A stretch of 64,000 nt of DNA from Glaucostegus cemiculus (GCA_976551045.1 CDPCPM010000014.1:38440001-38504000), one strand, 5' to 3'. Positions 25,581 to 39,025 are shown, counted from the stretch's first letter. Notes: generated by a model from the sequence alone, not told the origin. Made by a program: numbers and translations.

Positions 25581-26726
25581 TTATTTTGCTCCTTGAGATT
25601 TACATTGACTGTGACCCAGTGTTCCAAGGAGAACAGGAAGAATAATGGCACTAATAGAACCTTTCTTCCAAAGTACACAGCGGTATCTCTCCTATTTATT
25701 TGCGGCCCTTTACTCTCAGTTGCTTTAGTGTAGGAAAGAATAGCTTGCACAACTAGGTGACCTAGGAGAAGCAAGAAATAGAAGATTGATCACAGAGTTC
25801 AAGTAAACATGATGGAGGAGCTAACCCGCTTGATGCTTTACTCTGTTCGAGCTTAGATTAGACTGTTGTTTCTCCAAATGGTATTAAACCACTTGTAACA
25901 ATTTTTAATTTTTTTAAATCACCTCTTAAATCATAATTCCTTTACATCATGTGTTCCCTTTTTAGTTAGGAATTGCTTGTAGCATTGAGGATGTGGATTT
26001 GCCCTCTACTATAACTGGTCCTTCACCCTTAGACATTTGATGAACTTCATCTCTGGATCTGTTTCTAAGAAGAATTGAAAATAGTTCATTGAGTCCTTGT
26101 AACCCTCATCAATCCCTCTCAAGTGTACACAGATTCAATTCAGACCTCTTTCAGATATATTTAGCATTGGAACTAAAGGGAGCAGATGGAGCATCTGAAT
26201 CCATTTGATTACCAGTTCCTTTTTCATTGCTCTAATTAAGCTGTGATCAAAGTTATGCGTGAAATATGCAGTTTCAATCTCATTTTCCAAGAAATGGCTT
26301 TTATTTTTGGTTTCCTTTGTTTTTCACAACAACTTCTGCTTTTCCTATCACTGATTTTGGCATGAATGAAATGCTTCATCCAGTCCACAGACTTTTTTAT
26401 GAGTTTAAGTAAAGAAACCTAGAAATGCTATCATCTAGTACTGATTTTTTTTCTGTGCTAAGTGAAGGAATCTTTTCAAAAGAACTCAATTGCTAAACAA
26501 GCAATGCTTAGCTTGATGCCACGTGTGTGAAATTGTATTGTACAAATGGCTCAGACCTAATAGGCAGGAGTTGATTTCAGCTGGTCTGCTGAAGCCTTCT
26601 TTGGTACTAATTTTTATTGTCACTTTGGCATCCCCATCTGGACTGCTGCCAGGGTGCCTGAGGTATCAATCCTTTTTTCAGGCAGTTTCTTCTGTATATT
26701 TTATTCATTCCTTTGTTTTTCACGGT

Positions 26727-26958
26727 AGCGGCACGATAGCGTAGCGGTTAGCGCGACGCTGTTACAGCACCAGCGATCGGGGTTCGATTCCTGTCGCTGT
26801 CTGTAAGGAGTTTGTACGTTCTCCCATGTCTGCATGGGTTTCCTCCGGGTGCTCCGGTTTCCTCCCACATTCTGAAAGACATACGGGTAGGTTAATTTGG
26901 GGGTTTAAAATGGGCGGCGCGGACTCGTTGGGCCGAAAGGGCCTGTTACCAAGAAAAA
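26727..26958 (+). mobile_element. Young tRNA-derived V-SINE-like element with a CR1-like tail and 20-bp flanking direct repeat
   Basis: A and B boxes (tagcgtagcggttagc, ggggttcgattcc), V core, tail gggccgaaagggcctgtt, many intact CpGs; flanks attcctttgtttttcacggt and attcttttgtttttcatggt. Confidence 0.9.
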
Positions 26959-27122
26959 ATTCTTTTGTTTTTCATGGTTATTGTGTGCCCCTCCCCTTCC
27001 ACTGTCAACTGATAAGCTCAGACTCTACACAATCATCTTTCTTACCATACCCTGCACTTCCTCCCATTTCATTTATCTCCACAGCTGAACCTAATACCCC
27101 GCTAAGCATCTCCTAACATTTT

Positions 27123-27379
27123 CAGAATCAGAATCGGGATCAGGTTTATTATCACTGACGTACGTCGTGAAATTTGTTGTTTTGTGGCAGCAGTACAGTG
27201 CAAGACATAAAAATTACTATAAGTTAAAAAAATAAATAAATAGTGCAAAAGAGGAATAACGAGGCGGTGTTCATGGGTTCATGGACCGTTCAGAAACCTG
27301 ATGGCGGAAGGGAAGAAGCTATTGCTGAAACGTTCAGTGTGGACCTTCAGGCTCCTGTACCTCCTCCGATGGCAGTAAC
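27123..27379 (-). mobile_element. Rex1/Babar-like LINE 3' end (5'-truncated)
   Basis: Minus strand translates LLPS(frameshift)RRYRSLKVHTERFSNSFFPSAIRFLNGP*, followed by a 3' UTR, aataaa and a (gattct)n tail. Confidence 0.8.
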
Positions 27380-27949
27380 CCTCCTCCCCAATTGGTCTTC
27401 CCTTTCTTAAATTTACTTCCAGAAGTTTACCTTTCTTTTAAATATTCTAATATGGGCATTCATTTGCAGTTACCAAGTGAGTGTCTCTCTCCTTCGGTAG
27501 AGATAAGCTGGAACAGTACCCAAAAAATTACTTCTAAAACCAATTTAGAACTTTAAACTTATGCTGAACAGAAGTGTATTCCTTCCCAACAGCTGTTTGC
27601 CAGACTAACATATTTTCAAATTTAAAAGCAGGGTTAGGGTTAGTGCAAGATCTCTCACTGTATGTGTCATCATTGATGAAAATTTGCCTTGAGCACAATC
27701 CGGTGATGAGATTTCTGCTACTCCTATCCTGTTTCTTGAAATATTAGATTTCTTAGCCATTTTGCAAATATCTGTTGTATTAAAGTAAGGAAATCCTTTT
27801 CAACTCATTCATTGCATTAAGACTCATAGAATGCAGAGCTAATCCTGAAGAAAAGATGTATTTAGTGCTCCTAATAAGGTTGTTTCAAATAATTCAAGCC
27901 ACATTATAACTCCATTTGTGGGTCAAAAAACCCACATTGCTGATACAGT

Positions 27950-28300
27950 GTTCAGTAGCATTATTGTTAAGATAGTGGACTAGCAGCCAGAGTTATGGAC
28001 CATTGATCCAGAGATATGAGGTCAAATCCCATCATGGCACTGAGGGAATTTAAATTCAAGTCATTAACTGAATCTGGAATTTGAAAAAAATCTTCCAGTT
28101 TCAGTATTGGTAATCCTAAAAGTTTTGGATTGTGGTAAAAATCCAAAGGAGAACTGCCCTCTTTACCTGAATTGGTCGATGTGTAACTTCAGACCCAACA
28201 ATGTGATTGCCTCTTAACTGTCTCCTCAATTTGGGGGCCATTAGAGATGAACAATAAATGCTGATGTTGGCGGTGATGTCTGTCCTGTGAATAAATAAAG
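27950..28300 (+). mobile_element. tRNA-derived chondrichthyan SINE
   Basis: ggactagc...gaggtcaaatcccatcatggc...gaatttaaattc...tctggaat...caataaatgctg...gtgaataaataaa; homologous to 57715-58222. Confidence 0.7.
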
Positions 28301-31300
28301 GGTAGCAAGTCATTCTAGGTTCACCTGGCTTCTGATTCCTGCTGAGGATTTTGTTCTGTATGCTGTGGAGAACAACTAGTAAGAAAACAAATACAGGTCC
28401 TTGTAACTTTAAGTCAATATAAAAAAAATTATCTGATATTCTTATGTTATCAGATCCAAATCTTATGCAAAATTTTCTTCAATCCTACTGCAAACAAGCC
28501 TAATTCAACTAGTTGTTGACCCCAAGATTGAACAGTTTCCCTCTGGATTCCGATCTGTTCAGTAGACTAACTGAGCTGATGGGACTTACCTAACCCAGGC
28601 AACCAGTTCTGTGTAGCAATAGTGAACTCCTTTTGGGAGATGAGCACTTGTGTGAAAGTGCTGTTGGATCATTTTCAAAGTGATCTGATAAATGAATAGC
28701 ATGGCCTCGTCTGTAATGTGTGATGTGGGGGCGATGACATAATGTTCCAAGCTGCAGAGTCACTCTTTTCCTCCTGTGAGCACAACTGCTGTACAGGTTT
28801 GTATTGATGAGAGTGAAGTCCTTGGTGACTCTATAGCTGCACTTGATTTTCCTTGATAAATTCACAGGAGGGCCAAAGATTTCTCAGTGTCTGTGAACAC
28901 GTAGGATATAAAGTTCAGGTGCCTTATCAACCCAGTCATTAGTTTGTCAATCATGGAGAATACTGAGTAGGAGAAGACTTGCATGAAAGTAAAAGGATTA
29001 CATCTGACCAGAAATACAAATTTAGACCAAGAAATGATGTGAATATGAATATTATTCTTGGTTATATTAAATCATATGCAAATATAATTTTATAGAGTCA
29101 GCTTTCTGTCTGATGGAAACAATTCATCAGTATGCAGGAGCACAATCCATCAAGTGTTTTTCTATATATGTGCATCACTATGAGATATTATGTGAATATA
29201 ATAATTAGACTAGATAACACATACATAGAATTCAGCAAGATTACTTGCATCCTTAATTAATCCACTATTAATGGGGATTAAAATAAATGAAGGAATAATG
29301 TCAGACATAGAACTTTTTGCAATCACACATTTGAAGGACTTTGTGTTCATAACTACAAGCATGCAAAAGGTTATACCTATGAGCACAGACAGATTACCAG
29401 TTAGAGATATTGAGGTATACTGCCTGAAATGTTATTTTATGAAAAACTACATTAACTATTACCCTGAGTGACCAGAAAAACCTAGAAAAATACCGAGTCA
29501 AAGGTATAACAAGGAAAGGTATTTCTCTGAAAATAAAATCGCTTTCTTAGTCATGTGATTTTTGTCAGAATCAACTTTTCAGTGGAAGTTCTGAGATTCA
29601 GTAAGTCAATTGAGAAGAATATTGAATACTTCGGCAAGTGAATCAAATTTCAGTCCTGTTCTTAATTAACTTCAGATCATTCAGTTTCCTTTAGCGGGTT
29701 TGACCTGGGTGAGCTGTTGGGGTGGATGTGAGAAGTTGAATGACATGTTTAAGGCTGGGGTGGGATTGAAGTTAATTTCTTGCACTGCCTGAGGTCACAC
29801 AAGAAGCTGTGTTGATGATGTTAAATCAAGATTTCTTGCTACCCTTGCTGAAGGGCTGGCATGAATTTTGAGGCTGACAGAGGAGGGGAAATAGTATGGC
29901 TAGAAAGGCTAGCATAAGTTTGTATTTTAACTTTGATATTGACTTAAATCTTTATGGTGGTATCATTTGAAACTGTCATTGTACCATTCTTTTTAACCTT
30001 GAGAGCATTGTTTTCTCATGTGAAAACTAAAATATGTGCCTAGAAACTTTAATGCACCCTAAAGATCTTGGAGGCAACTGACTGGGAGCTGCCCTTCCAT
30101 TTTCAAGTGTGTGTCTACCCATCAGGATATGAGCAGTGGTATTCACATGTTGGGTTGATGGGGAGATTGGGTGTGCAATATCTGTCAGAATGTTGGATCA
30201 TTGGGGAAGGGAGAGTGGAAGACATGACGATTAAGTTAAGTTGTTGATATACCTTTCAGAAGCTCTGATCCAGCACTGCGCTATGAAGACCATGTTGTCC
30301 TGGGAGTGCACTGTGGTCTAAGTTTTCTGTAACTTTTGGACGAGAATTGATGTCATCCTATGCACTGCTGACACGGAGATTGTGTCTAGGAACAATTCAG
30401 TGTCCATAAATGTTAGGTTTCCAGTGTGATGCAGAATACCTGGAATCGGTTGTTATAGTGTTTCATTGTAGTAACGTTGATTTTCAATTGCATTAAACAA
30501 TAGAATTTTCTGGTAATTTATTTTTGCTATTTTAGATGCTGTTGGAAAAGTTTTAAATTAAAAAGTTCTGCTTATAACCCAGCTTACTGTTGGTAGGATG
30601 TTATGTATACTCATTTGGAGGTCCTGGGGGGTTTGTTACCACTACCCCCCTACTCAGAAGTGAAGTCTTGACAGGAATGATAAACGCCTCTTTATTGTTA
30701 AAAGGTAAATCAATTGTATCTGGGGTGATAAGGCTGACCTACAAAACCAAGTCTGCAACCACAAATCTGCCCTAGATTCACTGGCTATTGTGAAGGATCT
30801 CATTAAAATAACTTCTCCTTGCACTTTGTTTGTGGGCCTTAAAATAATGAAACATATGTTTTTCAAAGCTGTGAACTTGTTGCACATTATTGAGTATATT
30901 CCATTTACACAAGTGGAACCTCTTAAGTGCAACTGAAGGAAACAGATATGCTGCCATGTTGGCATGGTAGCAGTGGCCAGTTTCTATATACATATTCAAC
31001 AGGAGAGCTCATCATTGACAGCCAGGAACAGCCTTGCCTGAAAGAGCTGTCTGCTGCAGAAGCATGATGCATATGGATGCGTAAATAGTTCAGTTGAAGG
31101 GAATGTCTCTCTTTGAGATCCTAAATATCTTCGTATTCAGTAACAGGTGGGGTTTGGTTCAGCATACCATCCTAAAGCATCTGTTTTCACTTTGCTGTAA
31201 AGTTGTTGTGCCATATTTCGAATAAAAAATCAACAGAGGTATTCTGGAGATCAGTGGGCATCAATGTTCTTCTCACTTTTCTCTTCCCCTCAACCGCCAT

Positions 31301-31859
31301 CCTCTACATTAGAAGCTTAGAAATTTTTCCATAATCTTTGCTGTTGTAAATGTTTTACAGGATGTGTGTGTGTGCACGGTGGGACAGGTTTTGACACATA
31401 CTTTCTCGGCTCCTCACCCTGCTGTCAGATGAGATGATGCTGGATAGCTAACTCACTGGAGCCAAAATCACAACCATGAACAACAACTTAGGAGTTTAAA
31501 ATTACCACCTTACAACTACAGATACCAGATTGCCTGAGTAGGGCTTTTTGAGCATTATATGAAATCTTCAAAACCGCTTGTTTAAAAAAGTGCACTGAAC
31601 TTGTATCATTATTTCTGCTAGCCTCTTGTTCTTTGAAGGAATGTAACTGTTTGATGATGTTTAAATTTGTTGAAGTTTATATATTTAAAGCAGTGTCATT
31701 AGACAAGGTTGTTGCATTATTAGTTAAACTGGCTTTATAATAGTCAATTCTGCCCATTTTGAGTGAATGAGAATAAATCATGCTAGCATCTGAATATAGG
31801 GCTATCCAGGTCTCCTGGCCAACTTTCTTTACTCAAACACCACCACCATGTGCTTCCTA

Positions 31860-32010
31860 TCTGATTATCTACATTTTTTTTGTTTCTGTCGTCTTGCTGT
31901 GTGCAAAACAGAGCAATATTTGGCTACACAGCAATAATGATCGTACTTCAGAAGTAGTCCATTGCAATGTGTTTTGCAATGAGGTCCCCTACACACGCAG
32001 TTCTTTCTCC
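31860..32010 (+). mobile_element. DeuSINE-like or L2 3' fragment
   Basis: tcttgctgtgtgcaaa...acttcagaagtagtccattg resembles the 3' part of 61655-62070. Confidence 0.45.
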
Positions 32011-32349
32011 CTCACCGGCATTTTTATTAACCCCCAGAATTCAAGGAAAATGGACATAAATGTTGGAGGACTTCTGCATTCCTGATCTTGCTGGGTTTCT
32101 CAGCTGCATCTGGCTTTCCCCATACCCTCTCTTTCTCATCCCAGTTATTGATTTTAAACTGCTGGGATATAAATTGAAGTGGCAAGGTGATCATCAGTGA
32201 AAAAGATAGTCCACTTTTGAAGAGGTCTTGTGGATATTTTACAAATGTTTGATTAATTAAGGGCAGTGTGTCCTTGCTCAGTAATGCATTTGCATTGGGG
32301 GTTGGTTTGGAACAAGTTCATAGCTAGAGTAAGTGTTTGCTGCTTTACT

Positions 32350-32570
32350 CAAGTTACATTTGCGCACACACACATTAATGCTCCTGACCTAATGCTGCCA
32401 AATTGTGATCATCATACTCTTATAAATGTTTATGACTAGATAATCTTTCTCATTTCTGTTGAGGGATATGTTGCACTGGGCATCCCAATGCTCTCCATGT
32501 CTTTTATATCCCCTTAAGTGGATAGATGAGACCTTGGTTAATATTGCATTCAAAGGATGAAAGGCTAGAA
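32350..32570 (-). mobile_element. DeuSINE-like fragment
   Basis: ccatgtcttttatatccccttaagtggatagatgagaccttggttaat resembles the reverse complement of the Deu central region. Confidence 0.4.
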
Positions 32571-32605
32571 GATATCTGAGGGTGCCAGTGTAGACTAAGT
32601 AGCAC

Positions 32606-32928
32606 CATAGAGAGATATAGGAAAGAAACAGGCCCCTTGGCCCTCCAAGTTCACACTGACCATCAGCCAACCATTTACACAAATCATACATTCATCCCAT
32701 TTTTTTATTCTCCATGTTCTCATCAATTACTCCCCGGATTCTACCACCCACTGACATATTAGGGACAATTTACAGTGGCCAATTCACTCATCAACTCGCA
32801 TGTCTCTGGGATATGGGAGGCAAATATAGAAGGTGCATACTCCAGACTGACAGAACTGAGGTCAGGATTGAACCCAGGTCTCTGGCGCAGTGGGAAAGTG
32901 GTTCTACTAGCTGCACCACTGTGCTGCC
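32606..32928 (-). mobile_element. HE1-like V-SINE with CR1-type tail
   Basis: Reverse-complement tRNA head (ggattgaacccaggtctctggcgc...gctgcaccactgtgctgcc) and tail aaacaggccccttggccc. Confidence 0.8.
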
Positions 32929-33277
32929 AAGTGAAGGAAAGTGATTTAAACTCACAACTTTCTGATTTAGAAACAATTCACTTGCCACTCAGCCATGACT
33001 GACACTTAAATTAATGCTTATTCCATGTGCAAAAAGACTGTGATCTGGAACACAACTATTGGAATGTGGCTTGCAAAGTGGAAAAATTTTAATGTGGCAC
33101 CAAATTAACTCCAGACTACATTCACTGTTGTGCAATGCTGATAGCAAACCACAGATCTTGTAGAATCTTGTAGAATTGCCAAAAAATCTCCCAAATCCCA
33201 GAAAGAAACTTGAAGTAATAATGGAGAATCATTTGGGAGCAGGAAATAGGGAAAGTGGTAAGGACTCCATTAGTCCT

Positions 33278-33515
33278 CCCAGATGGCACTATTCACAGAA
33301 GAGTCAGGAGGTTCTTCCAGTGTCATAGCCAATATTTTACTCTCAAATATCATCACTGAAACAGATTATTGGGTCATTATCTCATTTATGTGTGTGGGAG
33401 CTTGCTTAGTGAAACTTGGCTGATGTGTTCCTGACCTTACAACTGTAAATGTGTTTCAACAGCACTAGGGAAAGAGTTTGGGATGTTCTAAGATGCATCA
33501 TAAATATACATTTTG
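33278..33515 (+). mobile_element. DeuSINE-like element, 3' half
   Basis: atggcactatt...gaagag...gccaatattt...aaacagattatt.ggtcattatc...tgtgggagcttgct...tttgggatgttct. Confidence 0.7.
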
Positions 33516-35194
33516 TGAAATCTAGCCAAATTCTTCAGACAGTACCTATCCTTACCTCTTTGTTTCTTTCATTTTGATGATATTCTCCTCATTCCATTGA
33601 TGTTTCATTTGTTTTTACTTCACTGTCAGGATGTCATTACTTGTATTAGCTGGATAAGATGGGAAAGTGATTGATCTTAAAGTGAGAGGAAGAAGAGAAG
33701 AATTTTACATAATACCTCGAGGGAAGCCGGTGAGAAAAACAAGCCAGTACGGAGCACCATCATTCCTCTTTACCTCTTTCGGGCCCACTTCTGCTTTCCT
33801 CATGTGAATACTCCTTTAGTTTTTGTGTCTGATGTGTCAATCCCTTGGGAACCCCATAAAACTGAAGAAGAGGCCCTTCTTCAGATAGCTGTTCATTTGT
33901 TTACTAGGTGCTTTGCTAATGTAGCTGTAGTTCTAAGAAACACCTGGATATATAAGGTGGGAATCTTGCTGCAGTTGTCATGAGATTTTTTATTAAAAGA
34001 AAGCTCTGTTGGAATATTTTTTAAAATTAATACAGTGGGAATTTCTCTGGTCTTTCTCTTCAGCTTAACTCTGCTGAAGAAGGAGTCCTCAGCTCTGAAA
34101 GGTGATCTTTTATTCCCTGCATTCTTACAGCTATAATGGTCCCAGCGTTCAAATTTTAAATGGAGTTGGGATGGGGGTGGGGGGTTGTGGTTGAAAACCA
34201 TTACAAAAAAAAGCAAACAAGGAAAAATATGTGCACAATTTATGGGATGTCACTCATGAAACTGGTGGTATCAGACGACTTCCCAGAATCCTCAAATAAG
34301 GAGATGTAGTTGAAAGCACAGTCCACTGCTTCACAGTTGTCACAAAGGGATCTCTCAATGCAGAGACCCCTTTGAGACCTCTGAGAATTAATGGGATTTT
34401 AAAGTTAGTATCTGAACATTCATTGTGCTGTGAAAGCTCAAGGTTAGCTTCTGAAGCTGTTTAGTGTCCAATACAGTGTACTGTTCTGGATGTGCATTGA
34501 AGCAGTAGAATGAAAAGATTTGCTCCATACAGTTAAAAACTGATTATTTAATAGATGCACAATTTCAATGAAGGCATTATGAATTAGTACAAAGTTCATT
34601 TTTCCCGTTCAAATCACTGAGTTTTCTTTTATTTACTTTGCTTATATTGTATGTGGCATATTTTCCTGGATACATGACTATGAATGCAGACCCAACTTTG
34701 AACATACTTGTACTGCCTTGTTAGTCATCAGCATATTTGCATATCCCACACATAGTTCTTTTTGCAGTTTGCTATTAACCTTTAAAGTCCTTGTGTTAAT
34801 GACGAGTCCTTAACGCAACCCTCTTTTGAATAATTATCTCCCTATAATCTGCTGTTCTAATTGCCTCCACCAGGAGATTCATTTAACAATCGTGTCATTT
34901 TCTTATTCCCCAGTCCATCCCACCTTGATGGGGCAGGTTTCTGAGACAGCTGATTGACTTCTACAATCTTACTCAAGTGGGGGTTAATTCATGAATGAGT
35001 CCTGAAAGTGTTTTCCTGAAATATTCATCATAGAAAGCATCATATTTGATATTGCATCCAAATCTGTGCTCATCTTCCACGCATACATGTTTGAATCCCT
35101 TCAATTATCTTGCATTGCTGTCAGAAATGACACAAATTATATTTTGTGACAAAGGTGATTGATCTGTCCTCGTGTTTCTCAGCTGACTTGCAGT

Positions 35195-35340
35195 TTGGAT
35201 GTGGCTGACTTTTGAAAGGGAATTCAGGGAATTGAGTGCTATGGGGAACTGGCACAGAAGAGGAGATGAGGCCTGGGACAGATTATATTGAATGGAGAGG
35301 CAGGCTCTGGGCCAAATAGTCTTCCCTGCTATTTTTATTA
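35195..35340 (+). mobile_element. CR1 LINE 3' end fragment
   Basis: gctatggggaactggcacagaagaggagatgaggcctggg...attgaatgg...gcaggctc...gggccaaat. Confidence 0.65.
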
Positions 35341-35454
35341 GGCCTGGCAATATTTTCCGTCTGGAGGGACTGACTCAAATGGTTCTATTCTTCATCCAGA
35401 TATTGACAGAGAGACACTTGCAATTGATCTTCTAAATGTCCCCCAAGCCCCGCT

Positions 35455-35697
35455 ACCTCTGGTGGTCCACAAGGTCTGATCTTGGTCCTCATCCATGTGC
35501 TACCCACTCGCGACATCATCTGAAAACACAGCATTAGCTTCTGCAAGGTGGATACTGTGAGACCTCACCAACGGCTCGCTTACCCTGAATAAGTTGCATG
35601 TCTGACATCCAGTTTAGCTGAAACTTACTCCAGCTTAATATTGGGAATGCCAAGGCCAATGTCTTCAATCTTCACCACAAGCTCCATTTCCTCACCA
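35455..35697 (+). mobile_element. L2 LINE reverse transcriptase fragment
   Basis: Remnants SGGPQG..ILGP, DII*KHSISF and LQLNIGNAKANVF correspond to L2 RT GVPQGSILGP...LQLNIGKTE. Confidence 0.75.
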
Positions 35698-36739
35698 GTG
35701 AGTTGTTTTTTTCAGCACAGCAGCTGTCTGACTTGCTGAATTTTCACAGAATTCCATGTTCTTTTTTCCTATTCAAGACTTGTTCTGTTATGAAAATGTC
35801 TTAATAACTCATTGTTTCCATTATTGAATAGTTGCACCACATGGAAACTCTATCCATTTTTGCTTTGTATTTATTAGAAGCAGAGACCAAGTTTTTCACA
35901 TGCATTTCATGTAATGGGACAGAAATGAAATCTATATCCTTCATTTCCAGAATGTCTAATGCAAGAACAGGATAGGGAATCTCACCTATTTTAGGTTTCA
36001 ATTGTTTTTATATTAATAAAATAATTTCTCATCATGACTATTAGCACTTTGTGGATGGCAGCCATGTTACCTCCATCTCTTGAACATCTCTTGACTTGAA
36101 AATTCTGATGAAGTAAACAGGTATGCACCTGGCTAAAAATGTTTTTTTCTGATTTTACCCAAGTGTTCCTAATGAAGAATGATCAAGTGACATAATTTCT
36201 GAAGATATTATAATGCAAGCATGTTCTTTCTTGCCAGTACAGTAGAAATCTGGGCTGTTGTGGTGAAGAGCATATGATTTCCCATATTTAGAAATTATCT
36301 GACATTTAATCCTCTTTAAGGAGCTTTCTGTCTTTCTGTCTTGGGGACCCTATCATACATAGATACATAGGATGGAGTTACTTCTTTTGAACTCCAAATC
36401 TGAGTATCGTCATTCCATCCAGAATTTATATCTTTCCAGAAAGATGTTCATACTGCTACACAGTTGCATGAAATAAAAACAGGATTATTAAAAGTAAAGC
36501 TTTGAATTAGGTAAGGTGGAAGTCAAAAGCCTTTTTTTACTCATGCTGCAATAGCGTTTAGAAAGCAAATGCTTTGCTCCTTACTTTCTGTTGAGTGGAT
36601 CACTCTATCAGCCGTATCTTCAGTTTATCTTCCACTAGAAAATATGCTGTGATAGAAATTCCATTCCATTCCTCTTACCAAGTCGAACTTAGCTTTATTT
36701 GCATACAGTAAAGAGCTGCAAACTTTATGGCAGGTATCT

Positions 36740-36885
36740 GGATGGAAAACAAAAAAGCAAAGTGCTGGAGGAACTCAGGGGGTCAGGCAGCATTTGTGGA
36801 AGCAGCAGGATGGTTGACCCGCTGAGTTCCTCCAGCAGTTTGTTTTTTGCTCCAGATTATAGCATCTGCAGTCTCCTGTGTCTCC
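36740..36885. mobile_element. Fold-back pair of Penelope-like terminal repeats
   Basis: aaaaaagcaaagtgctggaggaactcagggggtca pairs with tgacccgctgagttcctccagcagtttgtttttt. Confidence 0.75.
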
Positions 36886-37148
36886 TGTCTGGACAGAACC
36901 TTTATGTGGTTCAGCTGATTCACATTCCCACAAATCTGGATGAAATTATTTGATAAATACCATCAAGGTTAAAGTCTGTTTTGAATTGTGAAGAGATTCT
37001 TGATTTAGTTACAATATAGTACGTTGTTCTCTTGAGAATAATGGCTAGCCATGTTAGAAATTCAATTCCTAACATAGAAACATTTTCCATAGATAAAGAA
37101 TAGAGAGGCAAAAAACAACAATGGTGAACAAATATAAACCTCAGTAAA

Positions 37149-37183
37149 GTGTGTGTGTGTGTGTGTGTGTGCGTGTGTGCGTG
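37149..37183. repeat. (GT)n microsatellite
   Basis: 11 perfect GT units followed by degenerate GT/GC units. Confidence 0.95.
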
Positions 37184-38759
37184 AGGTGAGGGAAATGAAG
37201 TCTATTGAAATACTTAAAATGAAAAGGAGATTGAACTGCACATCTTATTCCAAAAAATTACCAGTGAATTCTACTCTTTTATTCCTCCATATCCTTTAGT
37301 GCAAAGTGTTCTAATACCACTTCCTTGAATATTTGTTTTGCAGATATTACATAAAATATTGCAGATTTTTTTTTGTGGTTTCGAGCATTCATCAAAGTAC
37401 CTCAGTGTTGCAATAACACACTGTATTTTGTGGGAGAAAATAGTGCTGGAACTTAATAGCCAGAGTATTTTAACTATTAATTGGTTCATGGGTTGAGAGA
37501 TGTTATTTTTAGTCTGAGGCACTTTCAGTTATTACCAAAATATGTTGCAGGTCAACAAAAATAAACAGAATTAGATGGATTTCCCATGATCTGAATATCA
37601 TCTCACCTCCTCCTACTTGGAACATCTGACAGAATGCAGTAACTGAAGATGTCCCAGTGAGCAACCTCTCCCCTTTCCCCTAGCCCTTCCAAAGTAAACC
37701 ATTGACCTTCCGGCTGGTGTTTGTCTAAGTCCAGCTTTGAATGTGAGAACTCAGAAGTAGGTGACATTGAAATTAGAGTTCAGCTTTGATAGTGTTTAAA
37801 CTTAAGTTTGTGTACTCTTATTTTATACAGTAAAGTGGTCCAAATGATCCCAAGAAAATATCACTATGAAATTTTTAAAGTATGCATGCTGAATGGTTAT
37901 TTCACTGATGCCCACATAGTTTATGTGCAGCTTATCTCATTAAATAACCCCATGTAGATGGCAGTTGTTGCATGTACTTCCATGCAATAATTGTCCTCAT
38001 TTTGGTTCTGTTATACAAGGGATAGAGAAATGGATATCTTTTCCCTTTTAACATGTGAAGACTGGAACTTCTCTCACAAAGCACAATATTAATGTGTTCA
38101 ATGCATCTGAATTACGGTGAAAAAAATTTGTTAAAGAAGATTGGGGATTTACTTCATGGATTCCCAAGTTGACAATTTTCTTTTCTAGCCCCATGTGCAT
38201 CTCACATGTGGCTGTGCTTGGAAATATGCAATGGCACCAAATGTTCAGCAGCACATGCCCAGCTGACAATTCAGTGATATTTCATCAGATTGATAGTGGG
38301 GCCACTAAGTGGGAAGCAGTTTCTTACAGGACACATGAGGCAGAGTAAATAGTGCCTGTGGGGAAAGGTGGAAAACCTCTGAGAGACTGACACTGCTGAT
38401 GGGGTAAATCCTGGTGTAACAGAGTCTGCCTGTGGGATTCCCTTTTGTGATAGTCACGGAATAGGGAAAACATTAAGAGATCTAGGAAACCATTGGCTGG
38501 GGCGGAATTGTAGATGGTCACCCTTTGCACTTAGAAAGAGTTGCTGTGATACAAGGTTGTGATGAGTCTGAGAGAAAGAAGTGTCTGCTGTTTAGTCTGG
38601 ATCAGGCAATTCTCGCTGGACTAATCCGAGACACCAAGCGTGCCTGACCAAAAGGCAAAAAATAAAAGGCTGAGAAAAAGGATGAAATATTACAAAAAGA
38701 GAATGTGGTATTAGATTAATGAAAAACTAGTTCAGGTGAATTGTTGTTGAGAGAATAAA

Positions 38760-39025
38760 AAAAGAAATGAATGGAGGCAAGATGAAGTATTTTTAGTTTC
38801 TTCTGATATTCTGCTATATTATTTGTTGTTTATATTAATGGTGGAGTCAGATATTGTCAGAATATTTGAGAAGTAGTTAGATGAGCATCTGAGATACTAT
38901 GGCATTGAAGGCTACAGGCTGATTGCTGGGAAATGGGACCGGTATAGATAGGTACTTGATGGCTTGCATCGACTGGTTGTGCTTAAGGCCCTGTTTCTGT
39001 GCTTTATTTCTCTGTGACTCTGTTT
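38760..39025 (+). mobile_element. CR1 LINE 3' end fragment
   Basis: LFVVYIN remnant, then ttagatgagca...gaaggcta...ggaaatggga...aggtacttgatggct...cctgtttctgtgct...gactct. Confidence 0.7.

Noticed and set aside
26727-26800. tRNA gene (also at 9509)
   Set aside because: A and B boxes are present, but there is no complete cloverleaf and the sequence continues into a SINE core and tail
27631-27643. Interstitial telomeric repeat (gggttagggttag)
   Set aside because: Only about 2 units, at chance level
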